From Phoronis australis (taxonomy: Eukaryota; Animalia; Phoronida), in assembly GCA_002633005.1 (NCBI GenBank), contig NMRA01000640.1, positions 172,623-236,622 of the forward strand: a stretch of DNA of 64,000 nucleotides, read 5' to 3'. The position numbers were made by a program, and so were the translations under genes. The notes under the pieces were generated by a model. It did not search any database. It saw only the letters and a list, made by a program, of their open reading frames with translations, and was not told the DNA's origin. Below, piece by piece: positions 12,030 to 35,200 of the stretch (within the stretch, counting starts at the first letter, position 1; the number at the start of each line of letters is the position of its first letter).

Positions 12030-15000
12030 CAGTTCACTGAAATCTTTTACTCCCATTTTAGAAACGATTTTCGGATTGTGTCGGAATACGCCTTCTGTAT
12101 ACTGCAGAAGATTAAACATTGTTATGCCTTTACCTGTTTCATTAAACATTTGATCAAGCTACTTACTACTAAAACTTATAACCCGACTGAAACCATATCT
12201 GTTCTTATGCTCGCCCTGTTACACCCACACCCACCCACAGCACTTTGTGGGCGTATTGCTTGGGATTCTCCTCTGAGCAACAAAGCCTCCCAGAAATTTT
12301 TGCTCATATCAAAATTGAGGCGATCAACGAAGAACTCTGTCACGCGCCATCGTATCAGCAACAACTACATGTATGTCCAGTGGGTCAGGGAGAAATATAC
12401 TGCGAAATGGCCTCTTTGTTCGTTCAGTTGTATTTCACATGTACATGTACATCTGCATGTCTGCGGTGTTTTCCACCGTCCATTCTTCTAATCGTCGTAA
12501 ATGAAACCAAGTCCGAGAAGGGATTGCTGATTTGCATTTGACTTGAATCCAACTGATAAATGATTCAGAAACAGTGAATGCGATAACTGTGAAACCTAAA
12601 AATTCAGTGTATAAAGCTTCAGTGCATACAAGTTCAGTTCATACAATTTAATAAGAGGTTTAATTATTCTTGTGCAAGCAGCCCTCAAACTTCATTAGTT
12701 CGAGTTCTTCAGAGGTTCAGACTCCGAGTTTGCGCCTTCATAGGTGCACGAACGTGAAGTTTAGAAAACAACATAATTAAACATTAAGATCAGTGTTAGA
12801 CTAAACAAATATCTTTAATTAAAAGAGTGTCCACTTGCAGAGATTTTAGTTGACACCAATACAAAAGACACCAGTGAACATTATACTTAGCAAATGAAAT
12901 GGGTGTGATTTCCAGAGCATTTTTATATTTGGAAAATACCTTGATAAGGCACGCATTGCCAGACTTCACTGAAAATCGTTGTCGCGTTTTGATGACTGCG
13001 TGTGCAAATGTGTAGGCCTTCTCTGGTACGCACTACTTATAAATTTCAAACCAGCACACCTCATTACCCATAATTCATTCGCGCCCAATATCAGAAAGCC
13101 ATCGAATATTCTATTGGCTTTTGTACTTAGCCAGAATTTTGGCTACGAATAGCCAAAATTCATTATTGTCTTATGCGTGGCTTGAAAGACTTTTGTTTTC
13201 TATGTAAGCAAGCAGTCTAGGGATTCTGCCTTGGCGTCGAGTTGTAGCCAGGTTTTCTGACTTTCAGCCTTAGCTTGATTCTTGTGTAACAGCTAAGCTA
13301 AGTTGTCCCCAGACTGGTTTGTAGCCAACAGTCAACACATAAAAGTCAAGGACACTTCGAGCAACAGGCTCCAGAGCTCAAGATTCGCCCAATAATTGTT
13401 AGCAGTGAGTATGCAAGGACAACTTACCCCTTAATGAGCTTGTCTTTGTGTTGATCCGATTGTGACGTGAGTTATATTTATAAGAAGTCCACGGAAATTA
13501 AGCAAAATATTCAACTGATTTCTATTGCACGCGAATCATTACGTATGCATTTCAAAATTAAAAAGAACGCCTTAACTGAAATTGATTTTAGAAAATATAT
13601 TTTACCGGTGAGAATTATATTCTAAAGCAAAAAATCCAAATGAACCACAGGAACTCTGGAATCCGCGGGGGTCTACCTTTGTTATCTATTCATTGATACA
13701 TGTATATATTGCACACTTAAATTAATCTGAGTGGGGCCAGCACTGGGTGATTGGCGTGCGTATGTGTATCATACAAAATTTTAATTAAAAGTACCTCAAC
13801 ACTATCAACAACATTTTGTAATGTTAGATTCGATGTCATTGTCCCCACAATTATGGTAACTATTCATAATGTTAAGTTTGAAGAATGATTGATAAAAATA
13901 CCAATATTTATGAAAAGCGGAACTTTTATGCATATCGATTAGGATATGACTGCTGACATAACCCGAAACTGCAAGTCTTCCCTTCCCAACTAACCCTGTT
14001 GACATCCTGTTTGATGACATTAAAGATTCATGGCGGCAAATTGTATGGTTTGACAAAGAGATTGTTCCTTTATCCTGAATAAATAACTTTCCTAAACATT
14101 GGCAACGTTTTGTAATTTAATTACAATTAACACAGATGTTGAAAACTTAACATCGATCTCTGCGATCGAAGCCTCTCAAAATAAAATCCAAATTCGAAAG
14201 TTTTACTTCAGACATTGCCTCAATTAACAACTGTTAAGTTAAAAAATTGGTGGAATGACAAATTGCATCGTTAGACTCTCGAGGAGTACAGCGGACTTTC
14301 ATATAGCATGCAGAACTGTTTATATACGTCAGCATATATAAAAATTTTGGCAGCCAAACATCGGCAAACTTTTTGAGAGGTTTAGTGTGAACATAATGTC
14401 GAACCTCTGCATATTAAATGAAGTGGTTTACCTTGTTTTAATATAACACTTGTTTCAAAATTCATTACAGCACCTCCGTGACTTAGTTAAAAATTGTGTA
14501 CGGCTATAAATCGATGTGTAAGAAATTGAATTACCTCGTTACAAACTTCCTCGTGTGGGCTGAATGACAGTGATGACGGGGCATTCAAGGAACTTTTGTC
14601 GTGTGCTGAACATTGTGACGAAAATGATAAAGTGAAGACTTCCTTTTGAAATACTTTAATACAGGAAGTATGACTACATTTGTTGAATTTGGATTTTAGT
14701 AGTTTTTTATTGTAAATACAGCAGTTAGCGACGGGTCAGTCAATTTGTACGAGTTCAGGGATGTTTTTATGGGCCCGTTTCATCTTAGGCGCACCCACCG
14801 ATCGAAGTTAAAACGGTCGTAAGTACATGGATACGAATCGGAGCTTTGCTCTTCAAAGAACGAATCCGACCCGACACTTGTGTTCACGCTCAAAAACATC
14901 TTTAGAAACCAATACAAATTAGATATGACACTCTCAGCTACTATTGGACATACAACGTACGTGTTCTGGTTAATGGAGCATGGGTATTTGGGTGGTGATT

Positions 15001-15850
15001 TGGAAATGGAACAAATCGAAACGGAAGTGGAGACTTTGTAACGTAAACAAGGGGGTAGTGGATATGACTATCAACAACATACAGAGGATTATTTCGCCGC
15101 TGCTTGTTGAGGAGCCAGTATTAATTTCATAACCGAGGAGCTTATCCGATCTCAAATCACAGGCAATGCTCACATGTGCCGTTTTCGAAATCGAAATTTT
15201 AGGATTGGCCAACACCAATAAAAGCTGAAGTGTTGTTTTTTTGAGTCGCCGATGATTTCGATGTTCATGTTGGTAACAGAAACAGAATCCTATCACCGTG
15301 AGGAATTTTATGCGCTTTTAATAGACTCAACGTCTGTCGACAAACTCTACACCTTATAAAATTTATTATATTATAGAAAATCAATACAAAACAAGAATTC
15401 TGCTGTAAATAGTGCGTTGGTAAGTCAACAAGATCCAATAGATGCCAGTGTTGAATGGTGTGCCGGGAGCGACAGTTCGGACCCGAGCTGATCACGAGGC
15501 TCATAATAACCGTATCAAACAAATACACAAAAATGGATTAGCTCACATTGGCGAACCAAATAGCACGTGCAAGACTGTTCGATGAATTTAGACCACAGAA
15601 TCATGAAAACAAATGATACACAAGCAGAACGCTTGGCTTTGACCCATATTTCCCTGAGGTCCTTTATACTGACAGGTACATGTATTCACTAAATCTATTT
15701 GGCACCAGGCTGGGAAACGATTTTTTTATGAGAAAAACAGAGAAACCAGTTTTTCTGGAATGACCTGTTTTACAAATTAGTCGCTGAACATTTGGAGAGT
15801 GTCGAAGGATCAGAATAGAAATTCAACAGCAACCAATTCGAAGCAGACGA

Positions 15851-24696
<8,846 letters not shown>

Positions 24697-25034
24697 CTGA
24701 AATGAAAAAAATTGTTTTCACCCGTTTCCCCTAGAACTTATTGGCCAAGACCAGTTAAAGTTGCATTTCGCCGCAGTTTAACTGTTAATGTTGAACTCTT
24801 AATCGAAAAACTTAGACGTTTAAAATACAAACAATGCGCACACAGATGTGCCTTTTTCTAATTGGTAATTTTAGGGTTAGTTGCCAAGCCTGATGAAATC
24901 TAAAGCGTTTTCTTGAGTCGGAGAAGGTATCGACATGGAATCCTATCACGGCAACGATTGCTGCAAGACAGGAGAGTAAAAGTCTAATTCAATCTTTATT
25001 TTTTTCCAGCTAAGCACTCTATAGGGCGAAATGA

Positions 25035-25306
25035 CATGCGCGCACCCAGGGGAGGGGACTCGGGGGGCTCGTTCGAGCCCCTGCCCCCCAATTGGGCAAA
25101 AAGGTCCGCCCCCGAGAGACAAAAAGTCCGAGAAAATGGGACAAATGTCCACTAAATAAGCGCAAACGCGCAATTCTCAGAGGTGCTCCCGTTTTTTTAT
25201 TTTTTATTTTTTTATTTTTGTTTAGTCCCTCTGCACTTTTGTTAGCAAATGGTCCACAACGTCGTGAATTCGAGTCCCCCCATATCGAAGGCTGGGTGCG
25301 CGCATG
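25035..25306. mobile_element. Complete MITE with CATGCGCGCACCCAG TIRs and a 5-bp TSD (AATGA)
   Basis: AATGA|CATGCGCGCACCCAG ... CTGGGTGCGCGCATG|AATGA read directly from the sequence. Confidence 0.85.
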
Positions 25307-28279
25307 AATGAGACTGTAATGCAAGTGTTGTCAGCGATCCTCAGATGACGTAGTAGCCGGAAGTAATTCAACAAGTCAACAGCTGTGGGCCACAAATGGT
25401 GGGTGGTCCAATATGGAAGTTCGACCCCCTCAAGTCCCCGTCATTCTGCTTGTCTATGTCGTGTGTCCCTCGTAACACGCCAGGATATCTTACGAAGAAG
25501 TTCAAATAGCATTCCTTTTGCAAACACTGTGGGATTCTATTCAAAAAATTCCCAGTTTCGTTCTGGGATTCCTGTAGGATCACATTCGACAACGGTTGCT
25601 GTAGGGTGAACAGTCGCTTGGTAAATGCATTCAGGTATTCGACAACCTCTGAGTAATTAGGCCAACGCTGTGCAAAAAAAATAGCTGCCTTCGTATAAAA
25701 TAATAAGTTTCTTCTTTGATAGCTCCTACATAGACTATTTCTAGACCAAGCCTTCCACAACACTAAAACTTTCATCTCACCATGGCATTCTGTTCATCAC
25801 TACCGAGTTTGCTGTCGGGTTACATGAAGCCGCCAGACGTGCTCCTGGGACAGATAGTTGGGCATCTCTTTTACGTGTAGCCAAATTAAGGCAGAAAAAC
25901 TGGTGAACACTTAAATCATTGCGTCATATAATCCTTTAGCAGTTGAAAGTTCACTGGGTACATGGACGAGATTTTATTTAATTGTATAACCTTCCTTCGG
26001 AATTGCGTGTTGGAACGTTTGGGTAATTAGTGCAAATTGCAATATCTTTATTCATAACAGATCTGGGGTTGTTTGGTGTCCTTGCATGCTGTTTACGACA
26101 CACCGGGCTCCAAGCTGATAAAGTAAACCAGACGTTGAAGGTAACAAGACGTCAACAAATACGCAACTGACAGCGTGCTCTCTATTTTCGCGCATATGTA
26201 AACAGCCTCACAAACGCTAAACTCGCGAAATGCGCTGTTTGCTGGCAACGCGGGTACCAAATGCAAAATTGTTGGCCGTCTGATGACTGACACGAGTTGG
26301 GGCACTTTGTAATGAACGGGGAGGGGGGGGGGAGTTGGGGGCAAACGCAAAAATTGAACGAGTTCCAACCGAAGAAAGTCTTTTGCATGGTCGCCGTTGT
26401 AAACCCCCGTGGTTACGCCAGTGACGAGCAGTGTGTGTGTTGTATAAGTCAGTGGCGGATCTAGGATATCACAAGGGGGGTCAACATTTTGTCTGTAAAC
26501 ATTTACGCAAAGCACGATTGTAGATGCGCATAGCACCGAATGGGGGTAGGTCGGAAGGGTGGTTTGCCTCCCTCCTGCCCAGGAAATTTTTCTGTTTTTT
26601 CCTTGATTCCTAAAGTATTATCCAAGAAAAAAAAGGGAAAAAAACGAAGAACGTGTCAAACAGGAAAAGCTGTTATCACCTCAGACTCGAGCGAGCGTGA
26701 TTTACCACTACACCACCACGATTTAACTCCTAATTTGATACTAAGAGACCTATTTGTTATGGTCCACATCGTTTGCGCGCGAAACCTACTTCTTTTTGTA
26801 ATGCTTATTACACGTTTCATATTTTGCGCAACCGGTTCGTAACAAATTTGTTGTATTTAAAATAGTCTTCAATTGCCCAAAAGACCAAATCCGTTTTTCG
26901 TGTTGGCAATAATGACGCGATTGCTTTGGAAATCGTCTTAAGTTAAGGTTTGACAAAGAGAGAATTATGAGTTTCGGAGTGATTCACTAAGGCTTCGATT
27001 AAAATTCACATCTTACCAGCAGCTTCTGTTTTTTCATCGCCACTCAGATTCCATTTTCTTTAAGAAATGAAGCAATTTTCATCATTGCACAGTGGAGCAG
27101 ACGACGGAAACGGAGTAGTAGTGCGCAGCGCCACTGCCGGTCGCCTATACTTAGCTATAGTTCCGTTACGATTGCGCCGTGTTCACCTCCCCCCGCGGTT
27201 AATTAATAAACTTAACATTTCCCTACGCTTTTGGTGTTTTATTTTTTGCGGCAGCCNCAGCCCCCCCCCCCCCCCAAATCTGCCTATGTATGTACACAGA
27301 TATATCGCAGCAGAAGAGTCAAAAATACAACACAATCTTCTTAAACTGTTGGATTTAACCATCACTGAAACATCCACACTCGCATTATACCGATCATTAA
27401 GGAGAATTGAAGCATACTAAATGGACGTGTACTTCTTGTTGGCACTGCCAGCAATGCAAATAATAATCCGGGTAACTGGTTACTCAACACGCGCACTACA
27501 CCCTTCCCTAGCGTGAGAGGAAATGAATTCCCAAGCAGACAATTCTGAGAACTTACAAGAAAAGGTTCAAAAACATTAACGTTGACAAGGTTAAACAACC
27601 CCACTAAAACGGCAGCATCATGTCAAGCGCATGTCTCACAGTCCTTAAAATGGTAGACACCAGCCGCTATCGAGTCACGAATAAATTGAGACCAATTTGT
27701 TAATCAGCCTATTTTCTGACTTTTTTGTTTAGACTGTAAGCGGAAAATTCATTCAAGTCAGCTTCCATTAGAACTGACATCAACTTTGCTGATCGTTTTC
27801 ATGTGATTTTCCGAAATAATTTTTGCACGTTCTTTCGGGCTATTCAGTTCACAGCTTGGCAAGGTGCTTGCCTGTTGGCTAAGTATAAGTGAGTTGTGCA
27901 ATACGGCTACCTATCTCGGGGAAGATAAAGCCATTAGGTGATCACCATCCTTCAGTATCTACACTGGGAACTCAACGTCTGTGCATGAGTCAAAAAACAC
28001 ATGTAACGAGATAGCTAAATAGAACAGTTATCGCACCTCAAACAAAAATATCTTTGCCTCACAGCGAGTTGTACAAACATCGTCATTTTTTTTATTTGGC
28101 GCAGTAAGAAACTTCAAATACGCAACTGATAAAAATCCTATTTTTGGTAAAAGTTTGGCTCCATGGCAGTTTATAACACGTTCAGCAGACGAGAAAACGC
28201 TTCCACTAATTGCCACGTATTATCCTCCGAAACAGCCACGGTCGACGGAACACATCAAGTAGGAAATGCAGTGAAGGGC

Positions 28280-28342
28280 AATAGCCACGTATTTCACAGG
28301 GAATAGCCACGTATTTCACAGGGAATAGCCACATATTTCACA
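28280..28342. repeat. 22-bp tandem repeat x~3
   Basis: aatagccac(g/a)tatttcacaggg at 28280, 28302 and 28324 (third copy partial). Confidence 0.85.
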
Positions 28343-29018
28343 TCATCTCAATCACTAGAAAAACAAAACATTTCATTGAAATCTACTGACTTTATCTGAT
28401 TTGGCATTTGGTGACTGTTTTCAAAGCTGCGTTTCGTCTTGTTTAGCTGGCTAAACAACGGAAATCGAATTCGGTCAACTTTTTCGGCCTCATTGAATTC
28501 CTGTACCGTGATAGGAATCTATTTCAGTTACCAACAAGAACTTCGAAGCCATCAGCGTCTTCAGAATTTATTGGGCTTATCAAATACCATAACATTGCGG
28601 AATTCGAAATCGGTGCATAGGCAGTTGTCCGTGACTTTAGCTGATGATGGAAACGGACTCTTATCATGTTAAGGAATACCATGAGACCAATTTCATGAGA
28701 GTATAAGTCCTAATTCGATCTTCATTTCTAGCAAGCGTAATGTAGAGCGAAACGTAGCTTCAACTGTGACTGCGAAAACGTTTGGTAACAATTTAATTAG
28801 TGAACGGAAAATTATTGCGGACGACAATTTTAATGTCGAAAAGTTTTACTAAAATAATATACTTAAAATACCATAATTGGTAAAATGAATACAGCAAAAT
28901 GACTATTTGGCATCGATAGGGTGCTAAATGGAAAATGAACCAATCGCGATTATCGCGGGGATCAACAAAAATCGTCGATATGTGTCAGTGGGATCTCTCT
29001 GGATGAATTGGATTTAGG

Positions 29019-29233
29019 CATGCGCGCACTCGTTCGAGCCCCCCCATTTGGAGAAGTGGACAAAAAGTCCGAGATAACTGGAACAAAAGTCCACTACAGA
29101 AGCGCGAACGCGCAATTCACAATTGTGCTCCCGTTTTTTTTTGTTTTTTTTTAGTCCGTCCGCTCTTTTGTTAGCAAAAGGTCCACATAGTCGGGAATTC
29201 GAGCCCCCATATTGAAGGCAGGGTGTGCGCATG
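29019..29233. mobile_element. Internally deleted copy of the CATGCGCGCAC-TIR MITE
   Basis: CATGCGCGCAC ... GTGTGCGCATG with the same internal blocks as 25035-25306; tagg on both flanks. Confidence 0.8.
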
Positions 29234-32200
29234 TAGGGGTCAGCACTTCATCTTGTGTTCGCCATATTAATTGTAAAAAATTGTCCCCTACATCACAGCA
29301 TTGATTCCTGGAGCATTCGTCTGCATACCTTCGCTATCTAGTTGGCTGTGGAAGCGACTTATTCCGTTGCACATCGTAGATGAAGTCCCTCGAGTGGAGT
29401 CTGCCTTACAGATTGTGGACGTCATGGCGTCTCCAAGGCACAACTGAACAGAGTGACAATATCGCTGGCATCTACAACTTAAGGTCACTGCTCAAAATTC
29501 ATCGAAGCTTAGTGGTAGCAGTTGCTTAGTCATCTGCCACCAATATAAATTTATTTGGTGGAACAGCGCGTATTCCCTCAGTGTCCAGGTGGGACAGATG
29601 TTTCCGGCTTGCTTGGTCGCAGCTTCGCGTGTAACTATGACTTTTCCTTCTCGATGTACTGTCGGTGATTGACAGCAGAGTAAAATTATCACTATAGCTG
29701 ATAACCCCGTTAGGTGATCCACACAAAGCCCTTGAATAATGAAGTCTGCCTTCCATAAAGAGAAAGTCTCCTTGCGAGTCGTAAGCGTTGGTGAAGCGAT
29801 TACCAGGAAATCTTTTCAGCATTGTATTGCAATCCTCGTCCATTCATAGATGCATGCAATTTCCAATAACGCGTTGGAGATCATTACAATGTCTTATGAC
29901 ATATGTTTTAGGTGATCGTTTAAAATCTTACTCCGCGGCAGGGTTTGTTTGAACTTAGCTCAAGATTTTCGGTCTAACCCCAGCCAGAGGGGAAATCGCA
30001 TTCAACGTAAACATGCAGTTGTAGGTAGCATGCGCAACGCAGCCAACGGTGAATAAACGAAAACTCGGGTAAACATCAAATATCTTCCATTCTGAACTGT
30101 CAGCATCTCGGCATCAACTTCTTGCCAAAATCTCGGAGTTTATAAATGGTTGGTTGCAAGACAAAGCAATGTCAGAAAATATGAGTCAGCATTTTCAGTG
30201 AAGAGAGCAATATGTGCTACCAAGTTCGGTCAATACCAGCGTCCAAGTGCCAATTCCGTCTTGTAAACCCCGCTATTAGATTAGCTAGAGAGAAATTCCT
30301 TCCCACGCCAGGTGGGGACAGGCGCCTCAAAATTCATCTAAAACGTTTTATCTTAACTCGTTCAACACTACTCGGAGGAAAAAAGGCAAAAAGCAAACCC
30401 TACATTGACGGATGAAGGAAACACTTGAGAGGTGAAAACGGCACGTCCGTAGACGGCGTTTTTTTGTTTGTAGGGGTTAAATCCGGCGCATATCGGCATG
30501 AAACGTGTTTTGAGTGAAGATCGCCACAGTTGACCGGCGTTCTTGTTTACTCTAATTGTCGGAGCATGAACAATTATGACCTTGTTATATTCCTAAATTT
30601 ATATCTCGTACATTAACTTCTGTGTGTATAGACCTTCTGCATAAAAAATGTTTGTCTGCGAGTTGGTATAGCATGGATTAAACAAAACATTTCTCTTACG
30701 GCCCAAAAGGGCATTTTGGGATTGCTGTTCGATGAGAAGTTATTACCTTTGACCACAGGTATAAAACAGCAAAGTCCCGGCGATGGTGTTTTTGTCTGAT
30801 TTTATTACAAATCAAAAAGATGGATACATAGTCTTCTCATTATAGAACAGTTCAGATAAAACGGCTAAGTAAATCAAGTTATTTGAGTTAAGACAATTCA
30901 TTCACGTGATGGTGCCACACAGCGTAACATTTTGTAGAAACACGTGAATTGAATTTACGTATTATAAACGGGACAGACTTCATCACTTAAATAAGTAACA
31001 AAAGTCATGTCATATCTATATACCTTTCTTCTCCATGAGAACTATATTACCAAAAATCCCAGGCTCTTGTGCATGAGCGAGATTGTCGTTAACTCATACA
31101 TGGATGTTACCGAAAGTAGTCGACGCCGGGAACGGTGCAGCGTCAACGGGTGCCTAGCACGCGCCGTCATATGCTAATGAACACCAAATGGCCAGTCTTG
31201 TTCTACGTAGGAGCCTGTATTTTTTCAGAAAACAGTTTCTATAAATAGGCGTACTCACGTCTTTGGGAAAATTATGAATGCTCTTGAATTCACCCTGTCG
31301 CACAACTCCATCAAAATTAGTAAACACCACTTGACCTAAGCTTAATAATGCGTTTTAAGTTTTCACAGACCTGCCATGGCTCTGTCTATTTATAAACGAG
31401 TTCCAAGTGACCGCTTCAGGGGATTTCTGTTGGAACGCTAAATAACACTTTACTGAGCTTCACTGATAGACCAATTTGTCTGAGACTGAAAAGAATCTTC
31501 GCGTCAGCAGCTGAAATTTTGCACGTCGGTCAACTCGTTTGCAGTACTGGAGTAATATGATATTATAAAATGATTAAATACTAAGTAAATAAGACCTCCT
31601 TTGATGTTTTGATCTATAAATTGATTGTCGAGTGGCGATGTATTTTCAGCATTTGGCTATAAAGCTCCACTTCTCATTTACCCTTAATACATAAAATTAA
31701 GAAAATAAAAAGCTTCCCTGTCAACGAAATATAACATTTACTTTCAGCAATTAGTTGTTACTAAATTGAACTGAGCCCGGCCAAACTTTGGAAAGACTGG
31801 AAACCTTCTAGTTTTCCAATTAAGTCTGTCCTTTTTTCACTCCTACTTGTGCTTCGCCAGTGACTGTTCTTCGAGACAACGGAAATGGTGCTTCACTATA
31901 GTAAGGAGATTTAATTTCAGTACCACAACTGCAGAGGTAAATCGGTCTATTCTGGTTCGTTTTTTATCAACTAAGCAAAAAGTTAAGAAATTTAAGTACA
32001 AGTACGTTAAAGATTACGCGTTGAAAGATTTTCCTGGGGTCCATTTGGCCTTCTCTGACTCGTAAGAGTTCACATCCTTGGGAAATTTTCGGTTGAAACA
32101 GTCCTACGACTACATAAAGCGAAACTGATCCCTCGTCTATGAAACATTGTCTTCTGCATATACGTTTCATAATCATTTGTCTTGAGGTATATGCCAATCA

Positions 32201-35200
32201 TTACTAAAGTGCAGTTCTTTCAAGTTGTTTTTTCATAAGATGGTTCAATGCAATGTCATTATATGCTGCATCGGCCTATCATCCACCCCCCCCCCCTTTC
32301 CCCAACGATCTCGTGAGATCATGCCTTACCTTCGTCAACTTTGTTTAAAAAATTTGGTCGCAAGTGGACGGCTCTGTAACGATTCATCGCCGATGTTGTT
32401 TCAACTGCAGCAACAGCAACTGAAAAATCATAGATATTTTTGAACAAAATTCATCCCGATAGTGGGTCAACCCCCAATAGCTCCACTTCCTATGTTTTTC
32501 TCGGCAACTGACAATATTTATCGAAAAAAAAACCTTTGGCGCTTTTATTAGATGGGGGGTTAACAGTACTTTAAGTAATTTATTGGTTTATTGCCCCATC
32601 AGTGATGAGACTTGATCTCAAAGTTCAGCGGGGCATATAATATTTTTGCAGCTGATCAAGCGCAGTGCAGGGACTAGATCTGCCCGAAACTGATTACATG
32701 CTCAAGGAATGTTTTCTTTGATAATTGGCACACTCGATTAAAGCAACTAGGAACAGAAGGCCCTGTTCACAATTACGGCACTGTTTCCGATTCGATTGTA
32801 ATCGGACTCTCGGTTCTGACCAGTCTTCAATTCGAACTCGTTTAAGGTTGTCCAGGGCTTTAACGACCTCAACACTAAGTCAAATATCGAAAAATTGTGC
32901 TTTGTCAACCATCAAAAGTATAGATATTTTCTGAAAGGAAAAAGATCGAGGATTTTAAAAATAGGCTTCTTACTACTGTGTCTGTACCATTGTCACGTGA
33001 CCACCTTTTAAAGTCAAATTTTCATTCCCATGAAAGATACATTCATAGCAAAATAACCCTCTAGCCGATTTTTTCTAAAACTTTTATAAATGAAAACTTA
33101 ACGTTATGTCTTAAAAACATTATTTCGAAAGTCACTTTTTGGCAGACTTTGTTACAGATGTAGTAACCTCGTTTTCGTGACCCCAAGAACCTGCAATGAA
33201 GCACGATACAAATTCCATACCCGCCCCCCCCCCCGTGAACACGCACCGGAAATAACCGCTGTATATTCGCTAAACGCTCTTTGCTAAGCTCCAGATATTC
33301 CACTCGAGGGAGTTCCCCCCCGTCAAGTACCCTTCAACGATAACATCTGTTGGTGCTTTGCCCACCGAGTTCTTACACTGTAAATATCTATGAAGGAACC
33401 TAGGTCATCCTACTCTTGCTGTGAGATGAGCAGCCAACCAGCGCTTGCCATTATCTCCCAGCGGCTAAAAAATATTCTTGGCCATGCCAACAGAACTAAA
33501 TACACTTGACGCTGGCGTTGAGTGAGGTTTTTTAACAAAAAAGTGCACATACACTTTTTGTTTGTCCGTTGAATTATGCAAACTTTTATCAACAAAGTGC
33601 TTAATTTTATTACAGTTGTAGACGCACCATTCTATGATAAACGCGGATCTAGGGTTAACGAACTGTTGACACCCAAATACAAATACAGTTGAAGAGGAAG
33701 TTTGGGCCATCCTGATGGGACACAGACAGCATTAATTCTGCGCAATGTAAACACGCCAACTGTTTGAAAACATTTTAAGTGTTAAGCTGTCAAAATCCGG
33801 AGATTTATGAACTCTTGGGTCCTTCTAGAATCGACCTGTTATTGACTCGAAGTGCTTCTGAATTTGTTCCAAACTCTTACTAATTTTGGCCTTGACTTAC
33901 GGTCCTATCCCAGTATGGAAGCCAGTGACAAACTAAATTACGAGAACAACTGGGTAAAGTTGTATGTATACATGCGAACATCTCGCGAGGAATTCAGTGT
34001 TTCTCACTTTTGAGAATAATACTGCCTCCTGCAGGCAATCTGGTGTTTCCCCTCAGTAGACAGTCGGGTTATACATGTACATAAGTGACACACCTTTTCT
34101 CGAAGTAGACTACATGTACCTTTTATGCAAACTCTATCTGCTCAGCTAATCGTCCAACATTAAAGATCACAACAGACACTGGACGTTCCTTAAAATATGG
34201 CGGCATTCCTTTCATTCGCTCATCGGTATTTGAGGGTCCAGATGTTTCACACTTTTACTCCACCTGCGCCTTTCGCTAAAGGTACTCTAGGTTAGCGTGA
34301 GCGCCAACGAAAGCCTCAGCAATCGAACTGGAAACAAGCATCCTATTTTTTGTTTCGTGATCACTAAGCAAAGTAGGGCGGATGCAATAAATTACATTTT
34401 TAGTCTACTTACCAACAGCTTGATCGTGCAACTATTGTATCGAGAAGCGTCTTGTATAGTCTACACAAGTCGCTCACACTGTCTATTAGTGCTGGTGATA
34501 CGGCGGAACGTGCCTCACTGAGGTTTTTATCACGGGGGGTGTCTACGAAGTCAGCTAGCTAACTGACTCCTTCTGTGCTTTGAACCATTGACCTACGCTC
34601 GGACTATAATGATACGGCCGTCCCAAATTCAAGAATCAAAATCAACGACAAACCACCATCCACCTACTGGTGTTACACAAAGTTGGGGAAGCAATGTTAC
34701 AGCGCATATTTTCGACGATTTTAAGACCTTGCAAGCGAAGTTTATTATCGGCGTGACAGAACGCAGAGAGCGACATTTGAGAAATATGTTGGACGCAAAA
34801 ATTGCTCATGATGACCCAATCTTCAGAATCAAGAAAATTCAGTTTCCAATTTTCAACTTCAGTGTCCCAAAAATTTTAAAGAGACATATCTAACTTGGAA
34901 GAATTTTTACCGTATGTCGAGGCCTAGGAATGTACGTAGTGGTTATCTTCTACTGACACTGGGGTGTGATATGATGGCGAAATTACCACACTAACTTTAG
35001 TACAAACTTTTATTTCCGCGAATAGGGCCTATGTTATTTGTACCATCAGAACTTGTTTTAAAAATTTCTTCAAAATCAAATCAGGTCAATTGACATTTCT
35101 GTACTAGAAATTTGCACATATGCGTCCGAAAAAATAAGTTCCCGGTTTCAAAAAGTTTGGTTTTGTTAGGCGTTTTCTCAGGCCTAATTATGTTGCCTTT

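Larger units (their letters stand above)
27017..31311 (-). other. Candidate 5' coding exons of the MLCK-like gene (31259-31311 and 27017-27057)
   Basis: ATG at 31311 gives MELCDRVNSRAFIIFPK with a phase-2 donor |GTGAGT. A 41-nt exon (weak AAG acceptor, strong |GTAAGA donor) adds T-KWNLSGDEKTEAA and joins 24696 in phase 1. The model is frame-consistent but has no homology support. Confidence 0.3.

Noticed and set aside
25368-25775. 135-aa minus-strand ORF upstream of the kinase exons
   Set aside because: No homology recognised and no phase-1 donor identified that joins it to 24696.
27017-27037. MKKQKLL as the kinase start exon
   Set aside because: It ends in phase 0, but the next exon needs phase 1; joining gives an early stop.
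29288-29843. Cluster of overlapping minus-strand ORFs in a slightly GC-richer stretch
   Set aside because: No recognisable motif or consistent splice sites in the frames examined; could be a decayed element but cannot be supported without a database search.
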